Assembly: GCA_964535655.1 (NCBI GenBank)
Contig: CAZHTP010000004.1
Coordinates: 75,108-139,107 of the forward strand
From: an uncultured Gammaproteobacteria bacterium
GTDB lineage: Bacteria; Patescibacteriota; Microgenomatia; JALYQM01
Direction of reading: 5' to 3'
DNA length: 64,000 nucleotides
The notes below the pieces were generated by a model. That model saw only the letters and a list, made by a program, of their open reading frames with translations, was not told the DNA's origin and did no database searches. A program made the translations under genes and the position numbers. This document shows positions 38,063-49,000 of the stretch, in pieces; the stretch's first letter is position 1; each line of letters opens with the position of its first letter.

Positions 38063-39133
38063 ATGTTTCAACCTAAATTTATTGTGAATCAGAAGGTCCT
38101 TAAATATATTTCACAAATTGAAGTGGCCAAAGAGATTATTGAAAATTCTCCGCTTGTTCCGCAGTGGGAAGTTAAATTTAGAGAAGAGGCGATGCTTCGT
38201 TCTGTTCATCATGGGACACATGTTGAAGGAAACCAGATGACGCTTGGCGAAGTAAAAGGAGCGTTAGAAGGGCGAGAGGTCTCGGCTCGAGAACGTGATG
38301 TCCAGGAAGTTATAAATTATCGTAATGTACTACGATATATCGATAAATGGTCTCGTACTGAAAGTGAAGCTCAAAAATCTATTGATATAGGAACGATGCT
38401 TAAGTTGCATGAAATTATAATGGAAAATATTTTACCTCCTGAACGAATTGGTGTACTACGTGATGTCGAGGTAGTGCTTAAAAGTTCACGGACAGGGATT
38501 ACCAGTTTTAGACCTCCTTCTAAATACAATGTTCCCGCACTTGTGAATATGTTTTTAGAATGGCTTGGGAGTGCTGAGGCAGAGGAGCTTCACCCTGTTT
38601 TGCGTGCTGGTATTACTCATTATGAGTTGGTGCGCATTCATCCGTTTGTTGATGGAAATGGACGAGTGTCGCGCGCTATGGCAATTCTGGTGTTATTTAA
38701 AGGTGGCTACGATGTAAAACGATTTTTTTCAATTGAAGAGTATTTTGATCGAGATTCGGTACGTTATTTTCAAACTCTGCAAAATACGTCTAATCAGTTA
38801 GTTGTGGATAATAATGAACGCGACTTAACCGAATGGCTGGAATATTTTTCAGAAGGACTTGCTGTTGAACTTGCTCGAGTAAAAGAGAAAGTAAAGAAAC
38901 TTTCGGTTGATTTAAAATTGCAAAATAAAGTTGGTCAGATTTCCCTTAATGAACGGCAGATGGTTCTTGTTGAGTATATGGAGGATTATGGTGGAATCTC
39001 AAATAAAGAATGGCGAAATCTTTTAAGTGGCGTTTCTGATGATACTATTTTGCGAGATATACAGGATTTAATTAAGAAACGTCTCGTTAAAAAAGAAGGA
39101 ACTACTAAAGCTTCTAAATACCGACTTGTTTAA
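38063..39133 (+). CDS. Fic family protein (AMPylase-type Fic motif) with C-terminal winged-helix domain
   Basis: Canonical Fic motif HPFVDGNGRVSRAM (HxFx[DE]GNGRxxR). 356 aa. Confidence 0.85.
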   Translation: MFQPKFIVNQKVLKYISQIEVAKEIIENSPLVPQWEVKFREEAMLRSVHHGTHVEGNQMTLGEVKGALEGREVSARERDVQEVINYRNVLRYIDKWSRTESEAQKSIDIGTMLKLHEIIMENILPPERIGVLRDVEVVLKSSRTGITSFRPPSKYNVPALVNMFLEWLGSAEAEELHPVLRAGITHYELVRIHPFVDGNGRVSRAMAILVLFKGGYDVKRFFSIEEYFDRDSVRYFQTLQNTSNQLVVDNNERDLTEWLEYFSEGLAVELARVKEKVKKLSVDLKLQNKVGQISLNERQMVLVEYMEDYGGISNKEWRNLLSGVSDDTILRDIQDLIKKRLVKKEGTTKASKYRLV

Positions 39134-39135
39134 TA

Positions 39136-39702
39136 ATGTTTGGTTGTGATATTTGTACCAGTATGGATTTTGCAGAATCATTGCCCATTCATCTGGTTGC
39201 TAAGCCCATTGATAATAGAAATAGATATTCCTTTGTTTATCCTGTAAACTCCTTGCAGAACCCTCGGCGTATTGTACTTCAACATCGACATTCTAAAAAA
39301 GAAGGAGGAGGGTATATAGGAAGTATTGGAGGCAAATATGAAATGTATGAGCCGCTATTGCTTAATGGCGTGAGACTACATGAACATTTAGAAATTGGTA
39401 TGTTGCGAGAATTATATGCTGAAACCGGCCTTAGGTGGCCAGTCCGCTATGCTCATCGTGCTCACTACTGGTGGAGAAATGCAAAACAGGGATTTTGTGA
39501 AGGGGAAGCTTTTTTTGTTGAATTTCCTAATCTCCCGCGACGGTATCGAAGAATGAAGGAGGGTACTCCAGTAAATTTAAACGCGGAGAAAATTGTTTCT
39601 CATCGTGACCTGTTACCAATGCAGCGTTTAATATTATCTGAGCTGTTGTATTCTCATCGATTTTTTTGCGAAGAGATTCCTTTTGAATTTACGCAATGGT
39701 AG
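39136..39702 (+). CDS. Hypothetical protein downstream of Fic
   Basis: 188 aa, His/Arg/Trp-rich. 2 nt after the Fic stop. A weak, imperfect Nudix-box-like stretch (GGKYEMYE…RELYAETGL) does not fit the consensus. Confidence 0.35.
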   Translation: MFGCDICTSMDFAESLPIHLVAKPIDNRNRYSFVYPVNSLQNPRRIVLQHRHSKKEGGGYIGSIGGKYEMYEPLLLNGVRLHEHLEIGMLRELYAETGLRWPVRYAHRAHYWWRNAKQGFCEGEAFFVEFPNLPRRYRRMKEGTPVNLNAEKIVSHRDLLPMQRLILSELLYSHRFFCEEIPFEFTQW

Positions 39703-40111
39703 TTTGTGTTATACTGCCGTTGTGAAATTATTGCATGTTATTTTATCTCTGATTGTGCTGTTGGGCTGCTTTTATTTGCTATATTTTTATTTTGACCAAA
39801 GGCTTCAGATTACTTCTTTCTATAATCCGTATATTTCTGGTACTTCAGGTGAAAAAGTTGCTGGAATTGCTACCTTGTCAGCAGAACCAGATTCTGATGT
39901 CCCTATACGTTGTGTACTCAGTTATGGAACTTTTATGGTTGGACAACATGGGTGTGATGATTTGACCGATTCTGATACTAACCAGTATCTTACGGAAGAC
40001 ACTATTTCCTGCAAACTAAAAGAAGGTAATTTTTCAGTAACCTCTCATGAATGCGATCTTTTAAAAAGCGCAGTAGGAAGCCGCGATGTGTTGCAATCTC
40101 TTGATGAATAA
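39683..40111 (+). CDS. Hypothetical small exported/membrane-anchored Cys-containing protein (TTG start)
   Basis: N-terminal TM (LLHVILSLIVLLGCFYLLYFYF). Five Cys in the exported part. Overlaps the previous ORF by 20 nt. Confidence 0.3.
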   Translation: MNLRNGSLCYTAVVKLLHVILSLIVLLGCFYLLYFYFDQRLQITSFYNPYISGTSGEKVAGIATLSAEPDSDVPIRCVLSYGTFMVGQHGCDDLTDSDTNQYLTEDTISCKLKEGNFSVTSHECDLLKSAVGSRDVLQSLDE

Positions 40112-40182
40112 AGAAAAAGAGCAAGATAGTTTAGATTTTTATTTGTGCCGTTACAAATCTCTTTCTGTAGTACAATTAGTAC

Positions 40183-41955
40183 ATGACTTTTAAAGAATTA
40201 GCACTGTTTTTCTCAGAGCTTGAATCTACTACTAAGCGGCTTGAGTTAATCGATATTTTATCCCGCTTATTCGTTACTATAAGTACACCCAAAGAAGCAA
40301 AAAAAATAACCTATTTACTTCAAGGTAGGGTAGCGGCTTTCTATGAGCCTATAGAGTTTGGTATGGGTGATCGGTTAATTGAGCGGGCTATCGCTTTGGC
40401 GTATGAAGGTGATGTAGAAGGAGTTCACAACTTGTATGGCAAGCTTGGTGATTTGGGTCTTGCTGCTGAAGAAATGGCGAAAAAAAATGGTAAACACTTA
40501 ATAAGTTTATCTATTGATGAGTTATTTGAACAATTACAAATGGTTACCCGTACAATGGGTGAAGGGGCAGTTGAGGGAAAAGTTGAGGTATTATCACAGA
40601 TATTGCTTCATAGTGATCCGAATGCTGCAAAATTTGTCGTGCGGATTGTCTCTGGGCGGCTACGCCTTGGCATTGGTGATCCAACGGTGCTTGAGGCGCT
40701 TGCCAATGCGCGGTTGGGTGACAGAAAACATCGAAAAGAATTAGAACGTGCTTATAACGAGATTAGTGACCTTGGCCTTATTGCTGAAGCTCTTTGGGAA
40801 TATGAAGGTGATATAGCTTTACGTATCGTTGAAAAAATGACTGTTACGGTAGGTAGACCGCTTCGATCGGAGTTGTGTGAACGACTCCCCAACGCTGAAA
40901 AGACGATAGAGAAAATGGGCGAAGTTGTTTCTCAATTTAAATATGATGGTTTCCGAACACAGATGCATCTTGATAGAAAATCTGGTTTAGTGAAGTTATA
41001 TTCCCGAAATTTAGAGGAGACTACCCATTCTTTCCCCGAGATAACAAAGGGGATTTTGGATCAAGTTGATGCTGATTCAGTTATTCTCGACTCTGAAACA
41101 TTGGCATATCATCCGGAGTCAGAAGAGTTTTTCCCTTTTCAAGAAACTACTAAGCGCCGGAGAAAATATGGCATAGAAGAGATGGCCGAGGAGTTACCCC
41201 TGCGGGCGTTTGTATTTGACATTCTGTATAAGAATGGCGAGTCGCTTGTACAACTTCCTGTACGTGAGCGATTAAAAATACTCGATTCTACTATTAAAAA
41301 AAATGTAGATCCAACTCGCGCTGATACGCTTATTGTCTCAGAGTCGCGTGTTATTTCTGTAGCCAAAGATCTTGGATTGATGTTAGAGGAGGCTCTCACT
41401 AAAGGACTTGAAGGCATTGTTGTTAAGAAAATTGAGTCGTCATACGAAGCTGGTGCACGTAATTTTAACTGGGTAAAACTGAAACATACTGCTTCAGAGC
41501 AATTGAAGGATACAGTTGATTGTGTGGTGTTAGGTTATATTTATGGTCGTGGAAAACGGGTTGCGTTTGGAGTAGGTGCGTTACTTGTTGGTCTTTATGA
41601 TAAAGAGCGCGATGTCTTTGTTTCAGTCTCCAAGATAGGGACCGGATTGACCGATGCTGAATGGGTTTCAATTCGTGAACGATGTGATGCTTTTGTTTCT
41701 AAGGAGAAACCCGCTCGGATTGAATCGGATATTATTCCTTCGGTGTGGGTTGAACCTGAAGTAGTTATCGAAGTGCTGGCAGATGAAATTACTCGATCTC
41801 CCTCACATACTGCAGGAAAAACTACCACTGAACCTGGATATGCTTTACGTTTCCCGCGGCTTGTTACGTTTCGTGACGCCGATAAACGACCAGAAGATGC
41901 TACTAATATCGATGAAATAAAAGAACTATATTCAATGCAGGGAAAGAGGGCGTGA
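40183..41955 (+). CDS. ATP-dependent DNA ligase (archaeal/eukaryotic-type)
   Basis: Adenylation motif I KYDGFR; motif IV EGIVVK; motif V WVKLK; OB-fold C-terminal domain. 590 aa. Confidence 0.8.
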   Translation: MTFKELALFFSELESTTKRLELIDILSRLFVTISTPKEAKKITYLLQGRVAAFYEPIEFGMGDRLIERAIALAYEGDVEGVHNLYGKLGDLGLAAEEMAKKNGKHLISLSIDELFEQLQMVTRTMGEGAVEGKVEVLSQILLHSDPNAAKFVVRIVSGRLRLGIGDPTVLEALANARLGDRKHRKELERAYNEISDLGLIAEALWEYEGDIALRIVEKMTVTVGRPLRSELCERLPNAEKTIEKMGEVVSQFKYDGFRTQMHLDRKSGLVKLYSRNLEETTHSFPEITKGILDQVDADSVILDSETLAYHPESEEFFPFQETTKRRRKYGIEEMAEELPLRAFVFDILYKNGESLVQLPVRERLKILDSTIKKNVDPTRADTLIVSESRVISVAKDLGLMLEEALTKGLEGIVVKKIESSYEAGARNFNWVKLKHTASEQLKDTVDCVVLGYIYGRGKRVAFGVGALLVGLYDKERDVFVSVSKIGTGLTDAEWVSIRERCDAFVSKEKPARIESDIIPSVWVEPEVVIEVLADEITRSPSHTAGKTTTEPGYALRFPRLVTFRDADKRPEDATNIDEIKELYSMQGKRA

Positions 41956-41967
41956 AAGAACTGGTGT

Positions 41968-42609
41968 TTGAAGATGGTAAAAAATAAAGTTATCGTTTTT
42001 GATTTTGATGGTACTCTTGCAGATACCTTCTCAACCGTTGTCGAAATTGTTAACGGGATGTCTGATCAATTTGGATTTCCTAAGTTATCTTTTGAAGATA
42101 TATCATTGCTCCGACACATGCGTGCTCAAGACGCAATGAAAATTTTTAAAATTTCCATTTTTAAAATTCCCGCGTTAATCTTTGCCGTCAAAGCTGCGCT
42201 AGGTAAAAAAATTGCTACAGTACCGGTATTTGATGGTGTTCCTGAGACGTTACGAGAATTGAAGAAAGAAGATTTTTCCCTTGGTATTGTTTCTTCAAAT
42301 ACTGTGGAGACAATTGCAGCCTTTCTGAAACATAATGATTTGGAGATTTTCGATTTTATACATTGTGAAAAAGATCTTTTTGGTAAAGGGAAAGTACTCT
42401 CGCATGTACTTCGAGATAATAAAATTAGTAGCGCTGATGCAATTTATGTTGGCGATGAAACGCGAGATATTGAAGCAGCTTGGAAAGCGGGGATTAAAAT
42501 AATTTCAGTTGCGTGGGGATTTAATGCTGTTGAGGCTTTAGAAAAGCTTAACCCTGATTTTCTCATACATTATCCGCATCAACTTTTAGATACAGTACGG
42601 CAATTCTAA
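41968..42609 (+). CDS. HAD-superfamily hydrolase (phosphoglycolate-phosphatase-like)
   Basis: Motif I VIVFDFDGTLADT. Motif III/IV …YVGDETRDIEAA…. Confidence 0.7.
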   Translation: MKMVKNKVIVFDFDGTLADTFSTVVEIVNGMSDQFGFPKLSFEDISLLRHMRAQDAMKIFKISIFKIPALIFAVKAALGKKIATVPVFDGVPETLRELKKEDFSLGIVSSNTVETIAAFLKHNDLEIFDFIHCEKDLFGKGKVLSHVLRDNKISSADAIYVGDETRDIEAAWKAGIKIISVAWGFNAVEALEKLNPDFLIHYPHQLLDTVRQF

Positions 42610-42662
42610 CTCTCTCTGCTCATCTTTACCTCTGGCTATTCACTGATTATACTTAGCGTAGG

Positions 42663-42977
42663 ATGTTTAAACTAGACCGTTCGACTATGCAATACATTAA
42701 AGATTTGTCTGATCCTGATATAGTTGCAAATTCAGATCCAGATTCAATAAATCTAAAGCGTGAAATAATCCGTACTAATTTGCTTACACTTGTTATAGGT
42801 ACTTTTGTAGTTTCAGCAATAATCATACTATTTATATTTTACTTACCAGGTCTATTTAATGTATTTTTGCAAATAATTTTTTATTATGTAGCTAGCCTCG
42901 TTACGTATTGGAAAATCCTTATTATAGCCTTTATCTTTTTCTTGCTTCTGTTGTTTATATCGTTTAGACATACTTGA
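42663..42977 (+). CDS. Small membrane protein (2 TM)
   Basis: 104 aa with two long hydrophobic helices. Confidence 0.3.
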   Translation: MFKLDRSTMQYIKDLSDPDIVANSDPDSINLKREIIRTNLLTLVIGTFVVSAIIILFIFYLPGLFNVFLQIIFYYVASLVTYWKILIIAFIFFLLLLFISFRHT

Positions 42978-43040
42978 CACCAGTCTTTTTCTCCATCTAC
43001 AGTAGAGTTATTAATCTTATTTTATTAGAAGGAGAACTCT

Positions 43041-44150
43041 ATGCAACTCAAAAATCTTCTTATAGGGGGAAGTGTCGGACTGGCCTTTTTTGGCCTATAC
43101 TTGCATTCAAATATTTCCGCTCATGCTGCTACGAAGACTATTACAATTCTTAATTCGGCATTTTCTGATAGTTTAGCCATTGTAAATGCAGGAGACACTG
43201 TAGTTTGGCAAAATAATGACACTTTTGGACATCGTTTAGATATCTTAAATGCATCAGATAGTTCTTTTCTGGCTGGAGATGATCTTAGTCCAAAAGTGTC
43301 TACTTCTACTTCAGGAAGAACTTTGTCAAGAAAATTTAATACTGAAGGTTTATTTATTTATCGTTTGGATCAGCAAGCAAGTATGTCGGGAACTCTTACC
43401 GTAGTGCCATCGATAGTAGTACCGACGGTTACACCATCGGCAACCGCTACCGCAACAGCAACGGCGGTGCCCACCGCTACTGCTACCGTAACACCAACGC
43501 TAACGCCTACTGCTTCACCTACTCCAAGCGTTACTGCGACGGCTTCACCAACCGCAACTCCAGCTTTATCTCCAACGCCGTCGCCTTCCTTAACACCTTC
43601 ACCAACACCAACATTGACTCCTACACCAACAGTTACGTCTACTCCTAGCGCAACTCCTACTGTTACGATAACAGCAAGTCCGACTGTTAGTCCATCGGCT
43701 ACTGCATCACCTACGCCAACACCATCGATGACTGCTAGTCCGACTACCTCGCCAACATCTTCACCTACGGCAACACCTACTAGTTCAATAACACCTTCAC
43801 CAACAAGTACGCCGGTTCCTCCTGTAGGGGAAGTTTTACCTGCATTTTCAGTCTTCAGACCAACAATGTGTAGCGCGTTATTGATAACAAACAATACTCA
43901 AATTCGAACTGATAAACTGGGTGCGGTTACGTTGCGAAGAGGTATTTGGAATGTAGAAAACTTGGTTAATACTCCGCCTAACGTATCTGTACAGGCTCGA
44001 TTAATTGCGATTCGAACAGTAAATTTACTTTTCGGGAATAATCCGTTTTTTGGTTTAGATCGAACCGTTTCAGCAAATACCGCAAGTACTTTCAATGCCG
44101 CATCGGTTGAAGGCGCGTTACAAAAAGCAGCTCAAGCTTGGTGCAAATAA
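43041..44150 (+). CDS. Secreted protein: signal peptide, cupredoxin-like beta domain (no Cu ligands), long Pro/Thr/Ser/Ala linker, C-terminal globular domain
   Basis: Signal peptide MQLKNLLIGGSVGLAFFGLYLHSNISAHA. Plastocyanin-like stretch GDTVVWQNNDTFGHRLD but no Cys/Met ligand set. About 130 aa of TPTxTP repeats. Confidence 0.5.
   Translation: MQLKNLLIGGSVGLAFFGLYLHSNISAHAATKTITILNSAFSDSLAIVNAGDTVVWQNNDTFGHRLDILNASDSSFLAGDDLSPKVSTSTSGRTLSRKFNTEGLFIYRLDQQASMSGTLTVVPSIVVPTVTPSATATATATAVPTATATVTPTLTPTASPTPSVTATASPTATPALSPTPSPSLTPSPTPTLTPTPTVTSTPSATPTVTITASPTVSPSATASPTPTPSMTASPTTSPTSSPTATPTSSITPSPTSTPVPPVGEVLPAFSVFRPTMCSALLITNNTQIRTDKLGAVTLRRGIWNVENLVNTPPNVSVQARLIAIRTVNLLFGNNPFFGLDRTVSANTASTFNAASVEGALQKAAQAWCK
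43430..43830 (+). repeat. GC-rich low-complexity tandem-repeat DNA encoding the PT linker
   Basis: Reiterated ac(a/t)cc(a/t)ac(g/a)… units (aca cca acg cta acg cct act gct tca cct act…). The antisense ORF 43370-43894 is an artefact of this repeat. Confidence 0.5.
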
Positions 44151-44172
44151 TTAAAAAGTGAGTTCAAATCGA

Positions 44173-44210
44173 CAAAGATCCTCGATTCGAGGGTCTTTGT
44201 CTTGTATTTG
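44173..44210 (+). terminator. Probable intrinsic terminator after the secreted PT-linker gene
   Basis: 12-bp stem caaagatcctcg/cgagggtctttg (1 mismatch), loop ATT, followed by the U-rich tcttgtatttgg. It lies inside the over-extended track ORF 44158-44823. Confidence 0.45.
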
Positions 44211-44250
44211 GTATATACTAACTGGTACTTTTCTGGTATATTTTATCCTT

Positions 44251-44823
44251 ATGGAATTGAATGAATTTCGCGATTACCTGCGTATTTTCACTACAACCCA
44301 CGACGCTGAACTCCATAAAACTGCGCTTTTGCAAATGCTTGATCCGCTGGACCTAGATATTGAGTATAAAAAGCTTAATCAGGAGGGCGGATTGGATAGG
44401 GTAATGGCAATATTTTCTTCGTTCTCTGACGTTACTGATGACGAGTTGGTGACTGAATATGAGCGCAAGAGCTTGGAGCAAGTTGGTGCTTTAACTAAAG
44501 AGTACTTTGCAAAAGAAGCATATTCCTCTTTTGCTAAAATGGTTTTCGCGTTAACTATTGAATCGTTTGGAGAGAAATATGACTTGGGGGTAGAAGATGA
44601 GGAGTTAACTGAAGTTAAAATAGAGGATATTTACAATATTATTCCTTCGGAAATATATTTGCAGACATTTCTTCTGGAGAGTATGTCTGACGAGACTGCG
44701 TTTAATTGGAATCGCAGCCCGATAATTATTGAACAATCACTTTTAGCCTTAACGGTTTGTTTTAGTGATATTTATGCATTCCTGACTGAGGAAGATGATT
44801 ATATGGAAGAAATTGCTGATTAA
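44251..44823 (+). CDS. Hypothetical acidic cytoplasmic protein (start moved to ATG 44251)
   Basis: ORF MELNEFRDYLRIF… The first 31 codons of the track ORF start at GTG and cover the terminator hairpin. Confidence 0.4.
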   Translation: MELNEFRDYLRIFTTTHDAELHKTALLQMLDPLDLDIEYKKLNQEGGLDRVMAIFSSFSDVTDDELVTEYERKSLEQVGALTKEYFAKEAYSSFAKMVFALTIESFGEKYDLGVEDEELTEVKIEDIYNIIPSEIYLQTFLLESMSDETAFNWNRSPIIIEQSLLALTVCFSDIYAFLTEEDDYMEEIAD

Positions 44824-46047
44824 TCATTTCATCGCTTGTGTAATTACATCCAAGATCTTAGTGTTATGCTTTTCGATTGAAAATCTACTGATACTATCGT
44901 TAAGAGCATTTATTCCCATTTTTTTATTTAATTGCATATCAGCGCTAAGTTTATAGATTTTTTCGCTGAATTCTTCTAAATTAAATGGAGTTACCGCATA
45001 CCCGGTTAGATTGTCTTTAATAATGCCTGAAGGTCCGGCATTATTCCAAGCAATCACCGGAACTCCACAGGCCATGGCCTGGATTAAGCCCTTACCGAAA
45101 TCTTCCTCAGGGGCAGTGTAGATATATAGTGATGCGTTTTTATAAAGTAGATGGGTATCTATTTCAGTTGTGTAACCAGAAAAGATTATTTGAGATTCTA
45201 AATTTTTTTCTTTAATCAGATTAATGAGTGTATTTGTATATTCTGTTGGTGATCCTGTTATGACGAGTTTAGCTGTACAGTTTTCTTTCTTCTTTACTAA
45301 TTCTAGTGCGCAAATAGCATATTCAAACTTTTTTTTAGGCATGTGCCTATTGGTTAGTAAAATGTAAGGTTTGGGAATATTTTTTCCATTAATGGTACAT
45401 ATTCCGCTAAATCTATCGGTTTCATTTATTTCTTCACATGAAAGTGGAGTTGCTCCAGGCGGGCAATTAATGCAATCGCGCTTGTAAATATTCTCGAAAA
45501 CATGAAGCGCGTATTCTCCTTCGGTGATTATTGTTTTAGCGTGTTTCATAATCAAGGTATCAATTTTTCTGAATATTGGCTTTATTATCTTTATTACTAT
45601 TTTTGTAAAACTATTTAAGTCGGACTGTTCGCCAAATTCTTTATCAATTTTGCGAGGATATAAAAAACCTTGAGGATAGGGCATATAGACTATATACGGT
45701 TTCTTATTGATACGTGAAGCAATATAGGCAAAAAAAGGACCTGCTTGATTTGCTCCATAGTAGACATCCGAATCTTTGAACTTTAGTACTAAAAAAGGTG
45801 ATAAAAGCCCTGCAATAATGAGATATACCTCCCTTGGTAAAGATAGTTTTATAAACCAACCTGGAAGCAGAGAATTAATCGGATACTTGCTAATTATTTC
45901 AGGAAAGCAGGTGCTTTTATTTACATACGGTGCTACACCGGTGACCTGAAACCCTTTTTGTTGTAAAAAATCGATCGTCTCGAGTAATGTATGTTCAGCT
46001 CCTCCAGAGAAGAAGAACTCGGTGTGGAATATTGTTAACTTCTTCAT
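44824..46047 (-). CDS. Glycosyltransferase family 4 (GT-B, retaining)
   Basis: C-terminal GT4 E-x7-E region …TAPEEDFGKGLIQAMACGVPVIAWNNAGPSGIIKD…. Paralogous to 57429-58718. Confidence 0.7.
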   Translation of the reverse strand: MKKLTIFHTEFFFSGGAEHTLLETIDFLQQKGFQVTGVAPYVNKSTCFPEIISKYPINSLLPGWFIKLSLPREVYLIIAGLLSPFLVLKFKDSDVYYGANQAGPFFAYIASRINKKPYIVYMPYPQGFLYPRKIDKEFGEQSDLNSFTKIVIKIIKPIFRKIDTLIMKHAKTIITEGEYALHVFENIYKRDCINCPPGATPLSCEEINETDRFSGICTINGKNIPKPYILLTNRHMPKKKFEYAICALELVKKKENCTAKLVITGSPTEYTNTLINLIKEKNLESQIIFSGYTTEIDTHLLYKNASLYIYTAPEEDFGKGLIQAMACGVPVIAWNNAGPSGIIKDNLTGYAVTPFNLEEFSEKIYKLSADMQLNKKMGINALNDSISRFSIEKHNTKILDVITQAMK

Positions 46048-46087
46048 ATACTTGTAAGGAGTTTTTATGATCCTTTATAACTCACTG

Positions 46088-49000
46088 CTATTCTTCTGAA
46101 GGATCTTCATGAACCTTAAACGAAGCATTTTCAGATTTTGCTATCTCTAGTTTATCTTTAGTCTTCCAAATATAGTAATGTACCGTTCGATTAATTGATC
46201 CCGTGATTCCTAGAGCATACAAAACTAAGTAGGAAATGGTAAGAAGGCTTAGTACATTCAAAGCAATTTCCTTAGGGGTGTTCTCTATTTGCATGGTTAT
46301 TGTTTGATTTGCAGTCATCTTGGGTAGACGCATTCCTGTTAGCCTGGGGCCGGCTTGGTATAAGTTAACTTCCTTTTTGCCAGTAGCTGAATTTAAATAC
46401 GCATGCCATTTAGGGTAGTAACTTTCTCTCCAGTACAACGTAGTTGGAGACTCCGTACTATCGTTTAACGTGAACTGAACAATATCTGGTGAGGGCCTTT
46501 TAACTGAGACATGGTAATCGTTTATATTGTTTGTATTATTTTCTAAAAGCCACTGTAGAGAATATTTCAAAACTTCAATTTCTTTAGCGTTTTCATTTTT
46601 ACCTCCTTCAATGTGAGGGACAATATTCATCCCCGACCAGACAACTCGGCCTTTTCCATGAATCTTAGAAATAATCAAGGGAATATTATTGCTCTGTAAA
46701 ATGACATTTGCTCCGTCTCGGATATCTTGAGGAGAGGAAATTCCCCATGCGCTATCAAGATTAGTTAGATAACCAGCATCTTTATTTTCCGTATCCATAC
46801 CTATTTTTCCTGCTTGATCAAGAGTCATTTTAGAACGGGGAGCAGCTTCTTTCCAAACTAAATTATTCGTAGGGAAAAATGCTGAAGCTGATTTTAATTC
46901 CCAATCAGGGGATTCATATTGCCAGCCGGTATCTATGAACAAATTTCCTCCATTTTTAACATAATTATCCAGTAGATCATGTCCATTAGCTTGGTCATGA
47001 TAATTATATCCTTCAAGAAATAGTACATTAAATTTATTTAATTCATCGAGAGAGTAATCATCAACGTACGTTTTCCCCGCAAATAGCGTGGCTTTATCAT
47101 AGGGGAGTATTCCTAAATTAGCGGTCTTGAAAAATTGGTCGTAGAGAAATGTTTTTTTGTTTCCTATAAAAAGTACCGCTGGTTTACTGGTCCACGTAGT
47201 AAGCGTGGTGGGATTTTTGAAATGTCTCCAGTTAGGCTTATCTGCGTTTTCCCAATTTTGATCGTTATCGAAAAGCGACTTTGCAACTTCTGAATTGGTA
47301 GCTTGATATATGTATTCATATCCAAAATACTTAGCAAGTTCGCTAATTACTCCTGGTTTTTGATTAATTGGTTGATCAGAATACATTACTGATGACTGAT
47401 AATTCCAGAGTGCACTAAAAAGGTTGAGATTGTTTATATACACTTGGGTTTGAGAAGCATTAGTTAATAGTGGAGCTCTCATAATAATACTTCCTGCTAA
47501 GCCTGATAAATCGTAACGGGTGTCGAGTGGTTTATCGGGAATAAGAGAAAAGAACTCTGCTTCTTTTTTATAGTCGGAAAAATCGGGCTTCGTTACATTA
47601 AAGCGTGGCCAATTTTTAGGATTTAGCTGGTAAGCTAATGGAAGTTTATTGAGAGTGTTACAAAAATTAAATTTAGTCTCGGTCATCTCATGTTTATCGG
47701 TTGTACAGTAGGTAGTGAATATTTTAAGGTCATCAACTTGAAGTAGCTCGATTTTGTTTGTACGCTTAGTAATTGCTTTATCACAGAGTGAGTTAATGAC
47801 ATTATCGGAACCGCTATAGTTTTTGCAGAAAAAATATAATTCTTCTGGAGTATATGTAAGATCTGTATCGTAGTCGACGTCTTTATTCTGATTGGGGTCG
47901 TGTATGATAATTTTATTGTGTTCGCTTACTTGCTTCCATAGATTATCTCGGCTAACCTTTCCTATTCCTATCCTCAGAATTTTAGAAGTATCTCTTCCCT
48001 TTTCAACTTTTGCTGGATTTGTGTAAACTGTAACATAGAAGGTAAGTAAACTCATCATGCTTATTACGATTGCGGGTTTTAGAACATTACTCCAATTGAA
48101 CTGAATTAGTGGATGCACTTTTGTTATGAGTTTATCTATGATAATAAAAGGTAGTTCACACAGCGTATACACTCCATATGCTGCTAGTATCGGTACTATC
48201 ATTCGATATACCGTCCAAACCGATCGAGCATTGAATAATTCAGCGAAAACCCCAATTCTACTGAGGATGAATAAAACTATGGGTAAAGAAAGCGTTAGTA
48301 ACCCATATGTAGACATTAACCCAAATAAGGCCATTTTTTTTGATCTTAAGGCCCCAATCGTTCCCCCAATTGCAGCGAATATCCATATGAAAGGTTGCAA
48401 AGCCCAGTTATTCATGGGTTTTCGTGGATCGGAATCAGGATAATAATCAAAACCTAATACCTGCTTAAGGTGTAAGGTATGTGTTTCAGTGATATCGCTT
48501 AGCTTAACTGTTGGATTCGCATATCCGGCAAAACCTCCTTTTGCAACTTCAGCGCTATAATCTTGAAAATTTGCAAGTCGCCAGGAGAATAATCCTGTAA
48601 GACTTATATAAATGCATGCACCCGCTGTAAAACCATTTATAAGTGATTTCTTGAAATCTGTTTTTAACGGATTTTTGAGCATTCTTCCGATAATTAAAAT
48701 AAATAATACATTTGTTAGTCCCACACCTGTTGAAAAATGGGTTAGAAAAGTGATGGTGTAAAAAATCATGCCAAAAAGTAATGCTACTCGTTTTTTCCAA
48801 TCGTGCTCACCTTTAAAATGTTTATCGATAAAATAATCGAGAAGAATAAGAGTTGGGCCGGTGAACATATAGGAAACGGTTTCGGCATAAAATCCCCAGG
48901 GGTTGGCAAAAACGTAGGTAATTGGAGCGATGAGATAAAAAGTTGCAGCGGTTATTCCAATTGCTTGCCTGGCCACTTTATTTTTTGGATAATCGAGCCT

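Noticed and set aside
39136-39702. Possible Nudix hydrolase call for the ORF after Fic
   Set aside because: The stretch GGKYEMYE…RELYAETGL only partly fits Gx5Ex7REUxEExGU. The Arg-Glu pair is displaced by more than 10 residues and one Glu is Ala. It is left as hypothetical.
43370-43894. 174-aa minus-strand Gly/Val/Ala-rich ORF
   Set aside because: It is the antisense reading of the Pro/Thr tandem-repeat linker of the secreted protein and a repeat-induced artefact.
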